Source: an uncultured Mycoplasmatota bacterium (lineage in GTDB: Bacteria; Bacillota_I; Bacilli_A; RF39; UBA660). From it: 55,344 nt of DNA. The notes beneath the pieces were generated by a model. The model saw nothing but the letters and a program-made list of their open reading frames with translations, had not been told where the DNA came from and searched no databases. This document shows, one piece after another, positions 18,581-28,626 of this stretch (position 1 is the stretch's first letter; the number at the start of each line of letters is the position of its first letter). A program made the position numbers and the translations under genes. The DNA is taken from the NCBI GenBank assembly GCA_946500695.1, contig CAMMWS010000004.1, forward strand, positions 1 through 55,344, read 5' to 3'.

Positions 18581-19953
18581 TGAGTAATATTAAGATGGAA
18601 GATTTAGTTAATTACTGTAAGCAATATGGAATAATATTCCAAGGAAGTGAGATATATGGAGGTCTTGCTAATACTTGGGATTATGGTCCTGTTGGTATGC
18701 TTTTAAAAAACAATGTTAAAAGTGCTTGGTTAAAGAAGTTTGTTCAAGAAGATATTAATAATGTAGGACTAGATTCTGCTATTTTAATGAATCCTAGAAC
18801 TTGGGAAGCGAGCGGACATTTAGCAACTTTCTCTGATCCTTTAATAGATTGTAAGAAATGTAAGACAAGGCATAGAGCAGATAAATTAGTGGAAGCTGAT
18901 GGTGTAGAAGATGCAGGTGGTATGAGTCATGAAGAGTTAATGAATTATATTAAAGAGCATAATATTGTTTGTCCTAACTGTGGGGCAATGGATTATACTG
19001 ATATTAGAGAATTTAACTTAATGTTTAAGACTTTTCAAGGTGTTACTGAAGATAGTAAGAGTACAATCTATTTAAGACCTGAAACTGCTCAAGGTATATT
19101 TGTTGATTTTTTTAATGTGCAAAGAAGTATGAGACTTAAGATTCCTTTTGGAATTGGACAAGTTGGTAAAAGTTTTAGAAATGAAATAACTCCTGGTAAC
19201 TTTATATTTAGAACAAGAGAATTTGAACAAATGGAATTAGAGTTTTTCTGTAAGCCAGGTACTGAATTAGATTGGCATAAATATTATAAAGATTATTGTT
19301 ATAACTTCTTATTAAGTCTTGGTATTAATAAAGATAATTTAAGACTTAGAGATCATAAAAAAGAAGAGTTAAGTCATTATAGTAATGCTACTACTGATAT
19401 TGAATATAAATTCCCATTTGGATTTGGAGAGTTATGGGGAATTGCTAGTCGTACTGATTTTGATTTATCTAGTCATCAAAAAGTATCAGGTGAATCTTTA
19501 GAATATTTAGATCCTACTACTAATGAGAAATATATTCCTTATGTTATTGAACCTAGTGTTGGGGTAGATAGACTTATGCTTACAATACTATGTGATGCTT
19601 ATAATAAGGAGATATTAGAAGATGGTAGTGAAAGAGAAGTATTAAAGATACACCCTTATTTAGCACCTTATAAAGTAACTGTTTTACCTTTAATAAAGAA
19701 AAGACATAGTGAAAAGGCAACTGATATTTATAAAATGTTATCTAAAGAGTTTTCTGTTAGTTATGATGAAGCAGGTTCTATTGGTAAAAGATATAGAAGA
19801 GGGGATGCTATTGGAACACCTTTTAGTTTAACAGTTGATGATAATACAATAGATAATGGAACTGTTACTTTAAGAGATAGAGATACTATGGAACAAGTAA
19901 CATTGAAGTTAGATGAAGTTATTCCATATATTGAAGAGAGGATTAAATTCTAA
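18580..19953 (+). CDS. glyQS: Glycine--tRNA ligase (homodimeric type)
   Basis: [56 protein letters not shown]. Confidence 0.97.
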   Translation: MSNIKMEDLVNYCKQYGIIFQGSEIYGGLANTWDYGPVGMLLKNNVKSAWLKKFVQEDINNVGLDSAILMNPRTWEASGHLATFSDPLIDCKKCKTRHRADKLVEADGVEDAGGMSHEELMNYIKEHNIVCPNCGAMDYTDIREFNLMFKTFQGVTEDSKSTIYLRPETAQGIFVDFFNVQRSMRLKIPFGIGQVGKSFRNEITPGNFIFRTREFEQMELEFFCKPGTELDWHKYYKDYCYNFLLSLGINKDNLRLRDHKKEELSHYSNATTDIEYKFPFGFGELWGIASRTDFDLSSHQKVSGESLEYLDPTTNEKYIPYVIEPSVGVDRLMLTILCDAYNKEILEDGSEREVLKIHPYLAPYKVTVLPLIKKRHSEKATDIYKMLSKEFSVSYDEAGSIGKRYRRGDAIGTPFSLTVDDNTIDNGTVTLRDRDTMEQVTLKLDEVIPYIEERIKF

Positions 19954-20672
19954 TGGGTCCTATTATTGGTATTTTAACTAGAAGTGGTGTTAATGAAAAT
20001 GGTACACCTATAGAGTACTGTATGGAAAGTACAAGAAGAGCGATTATTAAAGCAGGTGGAGTGCCTATTATGTTAACACCTCCTCAAGATATAGATTATT
20101 TTACTACTAAGAGTAGTGAAGCTCCTGATTTAACTGGGATGGAACAAGAAATGATTTTATATCAGATAGAAAAATTAGATGGATTATTTATTTCTGGTGG
20201 AGATAAGATTACTAAATATGATTACTATGTTTTACATTTTTGTCTAAAAAGAAATATTCCTATACTTGGAGTATGTTTAGGTATGCAGATGATTGCTAAC
20301 TATAAAATAGATAACTTTAAATTATTAGATGTTCCTAATAAAGAATTACATTATAAAGAAGATTATGCTGCACCTGCTCATAATGTTACTATTGATAAAA
20401 ATAGTCTTTTATATAAGATAATAGGTAAGGAAGAAATAATGGTTAATTCTCATCATTTAAGATGTGTAGACTATACTAAAGAGTGTAACGTAGTTGCTAA
20501 GAGTTCTGATGGAGTGATTGAAGCGGTAGAGTTAAAAGATTATGACTTTTGTTTAGGAGTACAGTGGCATCCAGAAATAACTATTAGTGATGATATTAAT
20601 TCTAAAAAGATATTTGAATGTTTTATGGAGAAAGCTAAGGAGAAGAAAGAAAGTAAAATAATTATTAAATAA
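19953..20672 (+). CDS. Peptidase C26 / gamma-glutamyl-gamma-aminobutyrate hydrolase family
   Basis: AGGVP, LDGL..SGG, PILGVCLGMQ, VNSHH, GVQWHPE. Confidence 0.9.
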   Translation: MGPIIGILTRSGVNENGTPIEYCMESTRRAIIKAGGVPIMLTPPQDIDYFTTKSSEAPDLTGMEQEMILYQIEKLDGLFISGGDKITKYDYYVLHFCLKRNIPILGVCLGMQMIANYKIDNFKLLDVPNKELHYKEDYAAPAHNVTIDKNSLLYKIIGKEEIMVNSHHLRCVDYTKECNVVAKSSDGVIEAVELKDYDFCLGVQWHPEITISDDINSKKIFECFMEKAKEKKESKIIIK

Positions 20673-20677
20673 TTTTA

Positions 20678-20800
20678 TTGACATTATTATCACTGAATGT
20701 TATATTATAGCTACATAAGTGATTATGTGTTGTAAAAAAGCGGTGATTCCGACTATAACAGGAACTAAAAAAAGAAACTAGAGAGCAAACTCTAGTTTTT
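20678..20800 (+). ncRNA. Candidate small transcript (~90 nt) with its own promoter and terminator
   Basis: TTGACA(20678)-17-TATATT(20701) with extended TG; terminator AAACTAGAG-AGCAAA-CTCTAGTTTTT. Coordinates include the promoter. Confidence 0.5.
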
Positions 20801-20812
20801 GTATATAGAAAT

Positions 20813-20954
20813 TAAAAAAGCAACCATAAAGGTTACTTTTCTAAGCGGCACATAGTGCCAACACGGGTTTGATCCATTATAAATAATAGACCAAGATTGT
20901 AGATATAATATTATCTACATTAATAGTATATCAAAATTATGATTAAATATACAA
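20813..20954 (-). ncRNA. Candidate structured small RNA (~105 nt)
   Basis: Minus-strand TTGTAT-18-TATACT with extended TG; three hairpins then a terminator. Coordinates include the promoter. Confidence 0.55.
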
Positions 20955-21070
20955 AATATTTTAAGTAAACTTTTTTAAGATAATTTAATCAAAAAAATAC
21001 TTTACAAAGAAAATAAAGAATATTATTATTTTAATAAGTGATGATATATTACTGAAAGGAGAAGTGGCAA

Positions 21071-21721
21071 ATGAAAGATAAATATAATATGTCTTTAGAA
21101 GATAATATATTTTTTGCTAAGAGAAAACTTGTAGATAATATTTATAAGAGTGCTAATCTTGAAGGAATCGCTGTAACTTTTGCAGATACTTATGCTTTTA
21201 TGAATAATGTTAATACAGGTAATATTTCTGTTGATGATATGTTGAAACTCAAAGGTTTAAAAGATGGATGGGAATATGTAATAAATCATGCTAATCAAGA
21301 ACTTACAATAGATTTTATTAAGAAAGTACATTTTGAAGTATGTAAATGTGAAAGTATTTATCCTTTAGGTGATTTTAGAGATAAAGACGTTGGTATTACT
21401 GGTACTTCTTGGAGACCAAAATTTCCTAGTGAATGTGATTATGATAAAGAATTAAAAGAGATTTTAAATAATAAAAATAAATTAGAGAGATGTATTGATT
21501 TATTTTGTTGGATTCAGAGGTCTCAGATGTTTTTGGATGGTAATAAAAGAGTTGCCAATTTAATTGCTAATAAAGAAATGATTAAAAATGGGCAAGGTAT
21601 AATAGCAGTTCCTGTTGAAGAGATTGGTAACTATTTAACTAAATTAATTGAATACTATGAGAGTGGAGATAATACGAATTTAAAACAATGGATTTATGAA
21701 AACTGTATAGATGGAGTTTAA
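21071..21721 (+). CDS. Fic/Doc-family protein (non-canonical motif)
   Basis: SANLEG, GDFR...V.I.G, QMFLDGNKRVA. Confidence 0.88.
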   Translation: MKDKYNMSLEDNIFFAKRKLVDNIYKSANLEGIAVTFADTYAFMNNVNTGNISVDDMLKLKGLKDGWEYVINHANQELTIDFIKKVHFEVCKCESIYPLGDFRDKDVGITGTSWRPKFPSECDYDKELKEILNNKNKLERCIDLFCWIQRSQMFLDGNKRVANLIANKEMIKNGQGIIAVPVEEIGNYLTKLIEYYESGDNTNLKQWIYENCIDGV

Positions 21722-21731
21722 TTTGTTAAAA

Positions 21732-21781
21732 AAAGTAGTAATAAAGTAGTAATAAAGTAGTGAAAAAGTTGTGAAAAAGTG
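21732..21781 (+). repeat. 11-bp tandem repeat (about 4.5 units)
   Basis: AAAGTAGTAAT x2, AAAGTAGTGAA, AAAGTTGTGAA, AAAGTG, abutting the infC -35 box. Confidence 0.8.
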
Positions 21782-21810
21782 TTGACAAACCTAGTTTTTT
21801 AGCATACAAT
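21782..21810 (+). promoter_or_regulatory. Sigma-A promoter of the infC operon
   Basis: TTGACA-17-TACAAT. Confidence 0.8.
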
Positions 21811-21815
21811 ACTTG

Positions 21816-21946
21816 AAGAAAAGGAAAGAGATGGGATACCCCACCACCTGATTGATAAGTGAGTCAATAGGTAAAAAGCCAAGATTAGATATAAATAATA
21901 TAGTATTATTTTGGTTTTTAGTGGGTATTAATATACCCACTTTTCT
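21816..21946 (+). promoter_or_regulatory. L20 leader-like attenuator
   Basis: 5' UTR of infC-rpmI-rplT. Terminator GTGGGTAT-TAAT-ATACCCAC-TTTT; upstream ATACCCCAC can pair with GTGGGTAT as an antiterminator. Confidence 0.7.
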
Positions 21947-21967
21947 TAATTTATGGAGGTGTTAATT

Positions 21968-22498
21968 ATAGCAAAAGATAATAAGAGTCAATTAATTAAC
22001 GAGCAAATTAAAGCTAGTGAAGTATTAGTTATTGGTCCTAATGGAGAACAAGTAGGAATTAAATCTATAGAAGATGCAAGAACTCTAGCAAAATATGCAA
22101 ATTTAGATTTAGTTTTAATGAACCCTAATGGAAACCCACCTGTTTGTAAAGTAATGGATTATAATAAATACCGTTATGAAAGACAAAAGAAAGAAAAAGA
22201 AGCTCTTAAGAAGCAAAGGGCTAATCAAGCAGAGTTAAAAGAGTTTAGATTATCTCCAGTTATAGATGTTGGAGACTTTGAGACTAAACTTAAAAATGTT
22301 ATTAAATATTTACAAAAAGGTGATAAGATTAAACTTACAATTAGATTTAAAGGACGTCAAATGGCTCATACTGAATTAGGTAAAGAAGTGTTAGAAAAAT
22401 TTGCTAATAGGACTCTAGATTATGCAACAATTGATCAACATCCAAAGTTAGATGGTCGTACTATGACAATGTTTTTAGTACCAAAGAAAGATAAGTAG
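21968..22498 (+). CDS. infC: Translation initiation factor IF-3
   Basis: INEQI, LDLV, PPVCKVMDY.KY.YE, GDK.K..IRFKGR. The track ATG overlaps the GGAGGT RBS, so the start is probably ATA 21968 or ATT 21965, as expected for infC. Confidence 0.95.
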   Translation: MAKDNKSQLINEQIKASEVLVIGPNGEQVGIKSIEDARTLAKYANLDLVLMNPNGNPPVCKVMDYNKYRYERQKKEKEALKKQRANQAELKEFRLSPVIDVGDFETKLKNVIKYLQKGDKIKLTIRFKGRQMAHTELGKEVLEKFANRTLDYATIDQHPKLDGRTMTMFLVPKKDK

Positions 22499-22512
22499 AA
22501 GGAGGAATTATA

Positions 22513-22698
22513 ATGCCTAAATTGAAAACACATAAAGGTAGTAAAAAAGTATTTAAGAAAAGAAAAAATGATTATAAAATAGGACATCCAGGAAGTAGAC
22601 ATAATACTGGTTATAAGTCAAGAAAAGTTAATAGAAAGAAAAGAAGTGCATCTAGCTTATCTAAAGCAGATCAAAATCGTTTAAAGAATATTATTTAA
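22513..22698 (+). CDS. rpmI: 50S ribosomal protein L35
   Basis: MPKLKTHKG; located between infC and rplT. Confidence 0.92.
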   Translation: MPKLKTHKGSKKVFKKRKNDYKIGHPGSRHNTGYKSRKVNRKKRSASSLSKADQNRLKNII

Positions 22699-22720
22699 TT
22701 TAAGAAGGAGGATGTAAGAA

Positions 22721-23347
22721 ATGGCAAGAGTTAAGAATGGAGCTACTACAAAGGCTCGTCATAAGAAAGTATTAAAACAAGCTAAAGGTTACTTTGGTAG
22801 TAAACATAGACTTTATAAGAGTGCTAAAGAACAATTAATGCATTCTGGTCAATATGCTTTTCGTGATAGAAAGCAAAAGAAAAGAGAATTTAGAAAATTA
22901 TGGATAACTAGAATTAATGCAGCATGTAGAGAAAACGGTATTAGTTATTCTAGATTTATTGAAGGATTAAATAAAGCAGGTGTTCTAGTTAACCGTAAAA
23001 TGTTAAGTGAAATTGCTATTAACGATCCTAAAGCATTTACTGAGTTAGTAGAAGTTGCTAAAAAAGGTAAAGAAGGTAAGATTAAAGCAAATGAGGTTAA
23101 AGCTAGTTCTGAAGTAACTATTAAGAGTAATAATGTTAAAGAAGAAGTAAAGAATACTGAAAAGAAGTCTACAGCTAAGAAAGAAACTACTAAGAAGAAA
23201 GCAAAAAAAGAAGAAAAGGTAGAAAAGACTGAAGTTAAAGATTATAGTAAAATGACAGTTGCAGAACTTAAAGAGATTGCAAAAACAAAAGGTATTGCAA
23301 CTACTGGATTAAAGAAAGCTGAGATAATTGCAGCTTTAGAAAAATAA
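22721..23347 (+). CDS. rplT: 50S ribosomal protein L20 with C-terminal extension
   Basis: [32 protein letters not shown], then ~90 extra residues. Confidence 0.96.
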   Translation: MARVKNGATTKARHKKVLKQAKGYFGSKHRLYKSAKEQLMHSGQYAFRDRKQKKREFRKLWITRINAACRENGISYSRFIEGLNKAGVLVNRKMLSEIAINDPKAFTELVEVAKKGKEGKIKANEVKASSEVTIKSNNVKEEVKNTEKKSTAKKETTKKKAKKEEKVEKTEVKDYSKMTVAELKEIAKTKGIATTGLKKAEIIAALEK

Positions 23348-23445
23348 ACATATTTTGGAATTTAATTATCTAGTGCTGTGTTAGATTAAACAGTGATAAT
23401 TTTTAGAACAAAATAGAAGATAAAAAACGAAAAGGAGATTAAAAT

Positions 23446-24453
23446 ATGAGCGTAGTATCAATGAATTATTTATTAGAAGCTGGTGTTCATTTTGGACATC
23501 AAAAAAGAAGATGGAATCCTAAGATGAAGGAATACATCTATACAACAAGAGATGATATTTATATCATCGATTTACAAAAAACATCTAAATGTTTAGATAA
23601 AGCATATGAAGCTTTAAAGAAAATAGTAGAAGATGGTGGAAAAGTTCTATTTGTTGGAACTAAAAAACAAGCTATGGAAGCAGCTGAAGAATCTGCTACT
23701 AGAACTAACATGTATTTCGTTAATGAAAGATGGTTAGGTGGTACTTTAACTAACTTTAGAACTATTAGATCAAGAGTTAGAAGAATGGAAGAAATTGAAA
23801 AGATGGAAGAAAACGGTACTTTTGATTTACTTCCTAAGAAAGAAGTTATTGGTCTTAAGAAGGAATATGAGAAACTTAATAAAAACTTAAGAGGAATTAG
23901 AGATATGAAAAAGCTTCCTCAAGCTATGGTTATAGTAGATCCTAAAAAAGAAGAGATTGCTATTAAAGAAGCTAGAATCTTAAATATTCCTGTATTTGGT
24001 GTAGTTGATACAAACTGTGATCCAGATATGGTAGATTATGTTATTCCTGGTAATGATGATGCTGTAAGAAGTGTTAAGTTATTAATAGGAGCTTTAACTA
24101 ATGCAATTGCAGAAGTTAATGGTAATGAAGTAATTGATTATGTTAGTGAAGATGATAAAGCTAAAAAAGATAAGAAGGAAGCTAAAAGAGAAGTTAAGGA
24201 AGCAAAAAAAGAGAATAAAAAAGAAGTAAAAGAAGAAATCAAAGTTGAAGCTAGAGCTGAAGAAGTTAAAGCTGTTAAAGATGACAAAGCTAACGATAAA
24301 AAAGAAGTAGTAGAAGAGAAAGATACTGCTAATGAAGCTGCTGTAGATTATAATAAAATGACAGTTGCTGAATTAAAAGAAATAGCTAAGTCTAAAAATA
24401 TTTCTACTACAGGTATGAAAAAAGCTGACATTATAGAAGCTTTATCTAAATAA
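23446..24453 (+). CDS. rpsB: 30S ribosomal protein S2 with C-terminal extension
   Basis: [37 protein letters not shown]. Confidence 0.97.
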   Translation: MSVVSMNYLLEAGVHFGHQKRRWNPKMKEYIYTTRDDIYIIDLQKTSKCLDKAYEALKKIVEDGGKVLFVGTKKQAMEAAEESATRTNMYFVNERWLGGTLTNFRTIRSRVRRMEEIEKMEENGTFDLLPKKEVIGLKKEYEKLNKNLRGIRDMKKLPQAMVIVDPKKEEIAIKEARILNIPVFGVVDTNCDPDMVDYVIPGNDDAVRSVKLLIGALTNAIAEVNGNEVIDYVSEDDKAKKDKKEAKREVKEAKKENKKEVKEEIKVEARAEEVKAVKDDKANDKKEVVEEKDTANEAAVDYNKMTVAELKEIAKSKNISTTGMKKADIIEALSK

Positions 24454-24458
24454 AAAAG

Positions 24459-24486
24459 GAAGGAGGGAGGGAATCTCCTTCTTTTT
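24459..24486 (+). terminator. Terminator-like hairpin between rpsB and tsf
   Basis: GAAGGAG-N9-CTCCTTC-TTTTT. Confidence 0.6.
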
Positions 24487-24515
24487 GTATAAATTAAAGA
24501 AAGGATGAATAAAAT

Positions 24516-25394
24516 ATGTTTAAAGCAAGTGATGTAAAAGAATTAAGAGATAAGACTGGAGCAGGAATGCTTGATTGTAAGAAAGCCTTAGAAGCTTGTA
24601 ATGGTAATATGGATGAGGCAGTTGATTGGTTAAGAGAAAAAGGTATTAGTAAGGCTGCTAAGAAAGAAAGTAGAATCGCAGCTGAAGGTTTATGCAAAAT
24701 AGAAGTTAAAGATAATAAAGCTGTTATATTAGAAGTTAACTCTGAGACTGACTTTGTAGCTAAGAACGAAGAATTTACTAACTTTGTAGATTATTTAGCT
24801 ACTACTATTATCAATAATGATTTAAAGACTAGAGAAGATGTGCTAGCATTTGATGATAATGGTGAAACTGTAGAAGCAAAGCTTGTTAGTTTAACTGCTA
24901 AGATAGGAGAGAAAATATCTTTTAGAAGATGTGAATTAGTAGAGAAAACTGATAGCGAGGTATTTGGAAGTTACTTACATATGGGTGGTAAGATTGGTGC
25001 TTTAGTAGTACTTGATAATACTACAGAAGAAGTTGCAAAAGATGTTGCAATGCATGTTGCAGCTATGGCTCCTGTTTGTGTAGATAGAGATAGTGTTCCA
25101 AGTGATATGGTAGAACATGAATCTAAAGTAATTAAAGAACAAGTTATGAATGAAGGTAAACCTGCAGAAATAGCTGAAAAAATGGTTACTGGTAGATTAA
25201 ATAAATTCTATAAAGAGATTTGTTTAGAAGAACAAGCATTTATTAAAGATTCTAATGTTACAGTAGGTGCTTATGTTAAGAATAATGGAGGTTCTATTGT
25301 ATCAATGATTCGTTATGCTGTTGGTGAAGGTATTGAGAAAAAAGAAGAAAACTTTGCTGATGAAGTAATGAGTCAAATAAATGCTGCTAAATAG
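24516..25394 (+). CDS. tsf: Elongation factor Ts
   Basis: VKELR.KTGAGMLDCKKAL, EVNSETDFVAKN. Confidence 0.97.
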   Translation: MFKASDVKELRDKTGAGMLDCKKALEACNGNMDEAVDWLREKGISKAAKKESRIAAEGLCKIEVKDNKAVILEVNSETDFVAKNEEFTNFVDYLATTIINNDLKTREDVLAFDDNGETVEAKLVSLTAKIGEKISFRRCELVEKTDSEVFGSYLHMGGKIGALVVLDNTTEEVAKDVAMHVAAMAPVCVDRDSVPSDMVEHESKVIKEQVMNEGKPAEIAEKMVTGRLNKFYKEICLEEQAFIKDSNVTVGAYVKNNGGSIVSMIRYAVGEGIEKKEENFADEVMSQINAAK

Positions 25395-25431
25395 TTAATT
25401 AGTATTTAAGTAAAATTTATTAAGATATTAG

Positions 25432-26220
25432 AAAAGTACTAGAAAATGCTAGTATTTTTCTTTAAATTTTGATAAATCTGGGAAATAATATTGTAATTAT
25501 ATTTAAAAAATACTAATATTAAAGTTGAAATAAGAAAAATGATAAAGTTATTAATAAAATATTGATTTTATTAATTGTGTAATATAATTATATTTGTAAG
25601 ATATGATGTGGGAGGGAAATATGGATAAGTTAGAAAAAAGGATATTAAAAGAGCCGGAGTTTGAATATATAGATATTATTATAAATGAAACATATATAGA
25701 TGATAACGGGCTTGAAAGAGAAAGACAAAAAAAATTAAATTACCAGTACCAGCTTCTGATAAATCAGATATAAATAATTTAATACCAATAGCCGAAAAAA
25801 TTGGTAATGAAATTAAAATGTTAAACGTAGAAACAGAATTTACACTTCAACATTTTATGTGCAAATACAAAGTTGAAGAAAATGATAAATTTACTTTATG
25901 TAATTTAATATTAGATTATTGTAAAAATAAAAATATAATTATAGTAGAAAAAACGGATGGTGAATATTTAGGATTACCTTGGGATGTAACTAGAATAAAG
26001 AAAAACTAAAAAATTATATTTAACATTTTATAACTTTTATATACTAATATTTAAGTCTATTTTTTAATATATTTAATTTGCCTGATAATTGTAAATAGTT
26101 TTTGCTTATTTAAATCTAAATAATAATAAAATAAATGAGGAAGTATATTTATTGCTTGTAAAAATATAGGATGTTATAAAAAGATAAAAGTACTAGAAAA
26201 TGCTAGTATTTTTCTTTAAA
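25432..26220 (+). repeat. 35-bp perfect direct repeat (terminator hairpin) at 25432-25466 and 26186-26220
   Basis: AAAAGTACTAGAAAATGCTAGTATTTTTCTTTAAA occurs twice, flanking a ~720 bp AT-rich insert. Confidence 0.9.
25621..26009 (+). pseudogene. Frameshifted hypothetical gene (129 aa if A8 becomes A9)
   Basis: GGGAGGGA RBS, ATG 25621 (MDKLEKRILKEPEFEY...). One extra A in the run at 25727-25734 joins it without stops to the 25818-26009 ORF. Confidence 0.7.
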
Positions 26221-26260
26221 GTGTGATATAATTTAGAACGTATTTTGGAGTGTGATAAGT

Positions 26261-28075
26261 ATGAAAAAAAGAAATGTTGCAATTATTGCCCATGTCGATC
26301 ATGGTAAAACTACCTTAGTAGATGGTATATTAAAAACATCAGGTATGTTTCGTGATAATGAAGATATAAGTAATGTATCAATGGATTCTAATGCATTGGA
26401 AAAAGAACGTGGTATTACTATTCTTGCTAAAACAACAGCTTTAGACTATAACGGTTATCGTATTAATATTCTTGATACTCCAGGTCATGCTGACTTTGGT
26501 GGAGAAGTTGAACGCATTATGAATATGGTTGATGGAGTTATCCTTGTTGTTGATGCTTATGAAGGTGCAATGCCTCAGACAAGATTTGTTTTGAAGAAAG
26601 CTTTTGAAGCGGGTGTTAAACCTATTGTTGTTATTAATAAAGTAGATAAACCTAGTGCTAGATGTAGTGCGGTTGTTGATGAAGTGCTCGATTTATTTAT
26701 TGAACTTGGTGCAGATGAAAACCAACTTGATTTTCCTGTAGTTTATGCTAGTGCTTTAAATGAAACTTGTAGTTTATCAGATGATATAAGTACACAGAAA
26801 AAAGGTTTTGAACCATTACTTGATTTGATAATTGAAAAAATACCAGCTCCGTCTGGTGATAATTCTAAGCCATTACAATTTCAACCTGCCTTACTTGATT
26901 ATAATGAATTTGTTGGGCGTATTGGGATTGGACGTGTACATAATGGCATTATTAAAACAGGTGAGATGGTTAGTTGCCTTAGATTAGATGGCACTGTTAA
27001 AAATTTTAGAATTCAAAAATTATTTGGTTATTATGGTTATAATCGTATTGAAATAGAACAAGCAGAAGCAGGAGATATTGTTGCTATTGCGGGTTTAGCT
27101 GATATCTCAGTAGGAGAAACTATTTGTAATATGGGAGATAATTTACCACTTCCTATTCTTCATATTGATGAACCAACTTTACAAATGACTTTTGGTACTA
27201 ATTCTAGTCCATTTGTTGGTCGTGATGGTAAGATTTTAACTGCTCGTAAAATAGAAGAAAGATTAATTCGTGAGACTCAAAAAGATGTATCACTTAGAGT
27301 TGAGTCTGCCGGTAGTGATAGCTTTCTTGTTTCTGGTCGTGGAGAGTTACATCTTGGTATTTTAATAGAAAACATGCGTCGTGAAGGTTTTGAACTTGAA
27401 GTATCTAAACCTAAAGTAATTATTAAAGAAATAGATGGTGTTAAATGTGAGCCTTGGGAAGAGTTACAAATAGAAGTTCCAGAAGATGTAGTAGGTAGTG
27501 TTATTGAACACTTAGGTACTCGTGGTGGTGTTATGGAAAATATGACTAACTTTGAAAATCAAGTTCGTCTTAACTATAGTATTCCATCTCGTGGACTTAT
27601 TGGCTTTTCAACAGACTTTATGACTATGACTAAGGGATATGGTATTATGAATCATACCTTTAGTGAATATAAACCATATGAAAATGTGGATATTGGAGAA
27701 CGTAAACTTGGTGTTTTAGTTTCTGTAGAAAATGGTAGTGCAACTGCTTACTCAATAGGTAACCTTGAAGATAGAGGAACTATGTTTATTGAACCTGGTA
27801 CAGAAGTATATGAAGGTATGATAATAGGTGAATGTAATCGTGATAATGACCTTGCAGTTAATGTTGTTAAAGGTAAACAACTTACTAATATGCGTGCTGC
27901 AGGAAGTGATCATACTGTGGTCTTAAAAAGACCTCGTCCTATAACATTAGAGTATGCACTTGATTATATTAATTCAGATGAACTTGTTGAAGTAACACCT
28001 AACTTTATTAGACTTAGAAAACGTATTTTAAATACAGAAGAAAGAAAAAAAGCAGATGCTAAAAAAAATAAATAG
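26261..28075 (+). CDS. typA: Translational GTPase TypA/BipA
   Basis: [56 protein letters not shown]. Confidence 0.97.
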   Translation: MKKRNVAIIAHVDHGKTTLVDGILKTSGMFRDNEDISNVSMDSNALEKERGITILAKTTALDYNGYRINILDTPGHADFGGEVERIMNMVDGVILVVDAYEGAMPQTRFVLKKAFEAGVKPIVVINKVDKPSARCSAVVDEVLDLFIELGADENQLDFPVVYASALNETCSLSDDISTQKKGFEPLLDLIIEKIPAPSGDNSKPLQFQPALLDYNEFVGRIGIGRVHNGIIKTGEMVSCLRLDGTVKNFRIQKLFGYYGYNRIEIEQAEAGDIVAIAGLADISVGETICNMGDNLPLPILHIDEPTLQMTFGTNSSPFVGRDGKILTARKIEERLIRETQKDVSLRVESAGSDSFLVSGRGELHLGILIENMRREGFELEVSKPKVIIKEIDGVKCEPWEELQIEVPEDVVGSVIEHLGTRGGVMENMTNFENQVRLNYSIPSRGLIGFSTDFMTMTKGYGIMNHTFSEYKPYENVDIGERKLGVLVSVENGSATAYSIGNLEDRGTMFIEPGTEVYEGMIIGECNRDNDLAVNVVKGKQLTNMRAAGSDHTVVLKRPRPITLEYALDYINSDELVEVTPNFIRLRKRILNTEERKKADAKKNK

Positions 28076-28100
28076 GCTTTATCATAGTCTATTTATTTTT
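28064..28100. terminator. Bidirectional terminator overlapping the typA and thioredoxin stops
   Basis: AAATAAATAGGCT-N7-AGTCTATTTATTT. Confidence 0.6.
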
Positions 28101-28512
28101 CTTTTATATATCCGGCATCTTTTAAATGTTCCTCTATCTTTTCATTATCTACTGCACCATTTATTCTATTACTTGTTTCCTTTCCATCTTCAAAGAATAG
28201 GACAGTAGGTGTACCAGTTACACTTGTTGTTAATTCACTAAATTTTTCTCTTTCATCATCTGTCATATTATATAAATTAAGAGAGTATGCTGTTAAATCA
28301 TTTGTTTTTAATACTGCTGTAAATCTAGGGCTAAATTCTTCACAATGACTACATCCTGTTTGGACAATTTCTAGAATAAAGCTTTCTTTATTATCTATTA
28401 AATCTTCTAACTTACTATAATCAATTTCAGTAATAGTATTAGTGCTGTTACCACATCCTGTTAAAAATACTATAAATATACCAATTAATAAAAATTTTAT
28501 TTTCTTTTTCAT
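28093..28512 (-). CDS. Thioredoxin-fold lipoprotein
   Basis: Lipobox LTGC, CSHC, cis-Pro GTPT. Confidence 0.88.
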   Translation of the reverse strand: MKKKIKFLLIGIFIVFLTGCGNSTNTITEIDYSKLEDLIDNKESFILEIVQTGCSHCEEFSPRFTAVLKTNDLTAYSLNLYNMTDDEREKFSELTTSVTGTPTVLFFEDGKETSNRINGAVDNEKIEEHLKDAGYIKEK

Positions 28513-28626
28513 CTTATCACTACTTTCCTAGAGTATTATATCAAGTTAAGATAAGAAAAACAAGTTTGTACTTTTCAAATTTCTAAATCTGGGCTATACT
28601 TATAATAGTAAAGGGGTGTGTAGCTT

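Noticed and set aside
21732-21781. Tandem repeats as a CRISPR array
   Set aside because: 11-bp units with no spacers, and no cas genes in the window.
21953-21967. ATG 21953 as infC start, and the ATA/ATT start as a novelty
   Set aside because: The ATG overlaps the SD; non-AUG initiation of infC is well established.
23348-23445. S2 (rpsB) leader RNA
   Set aside because: Position and a TATTTTG/CAAAATA stem fit, but I could not confirm the conserved motifs by eye; needs an Rfam search.
3338-24697. Short track ORFs 3338-3523, 6261-6464, 11999-12193, 12003-12209, 13626-13811, 14826-15113, 24494-24697
   Set aside because: Antisense or off-frame shadows of well-supported genes, with no motifs.
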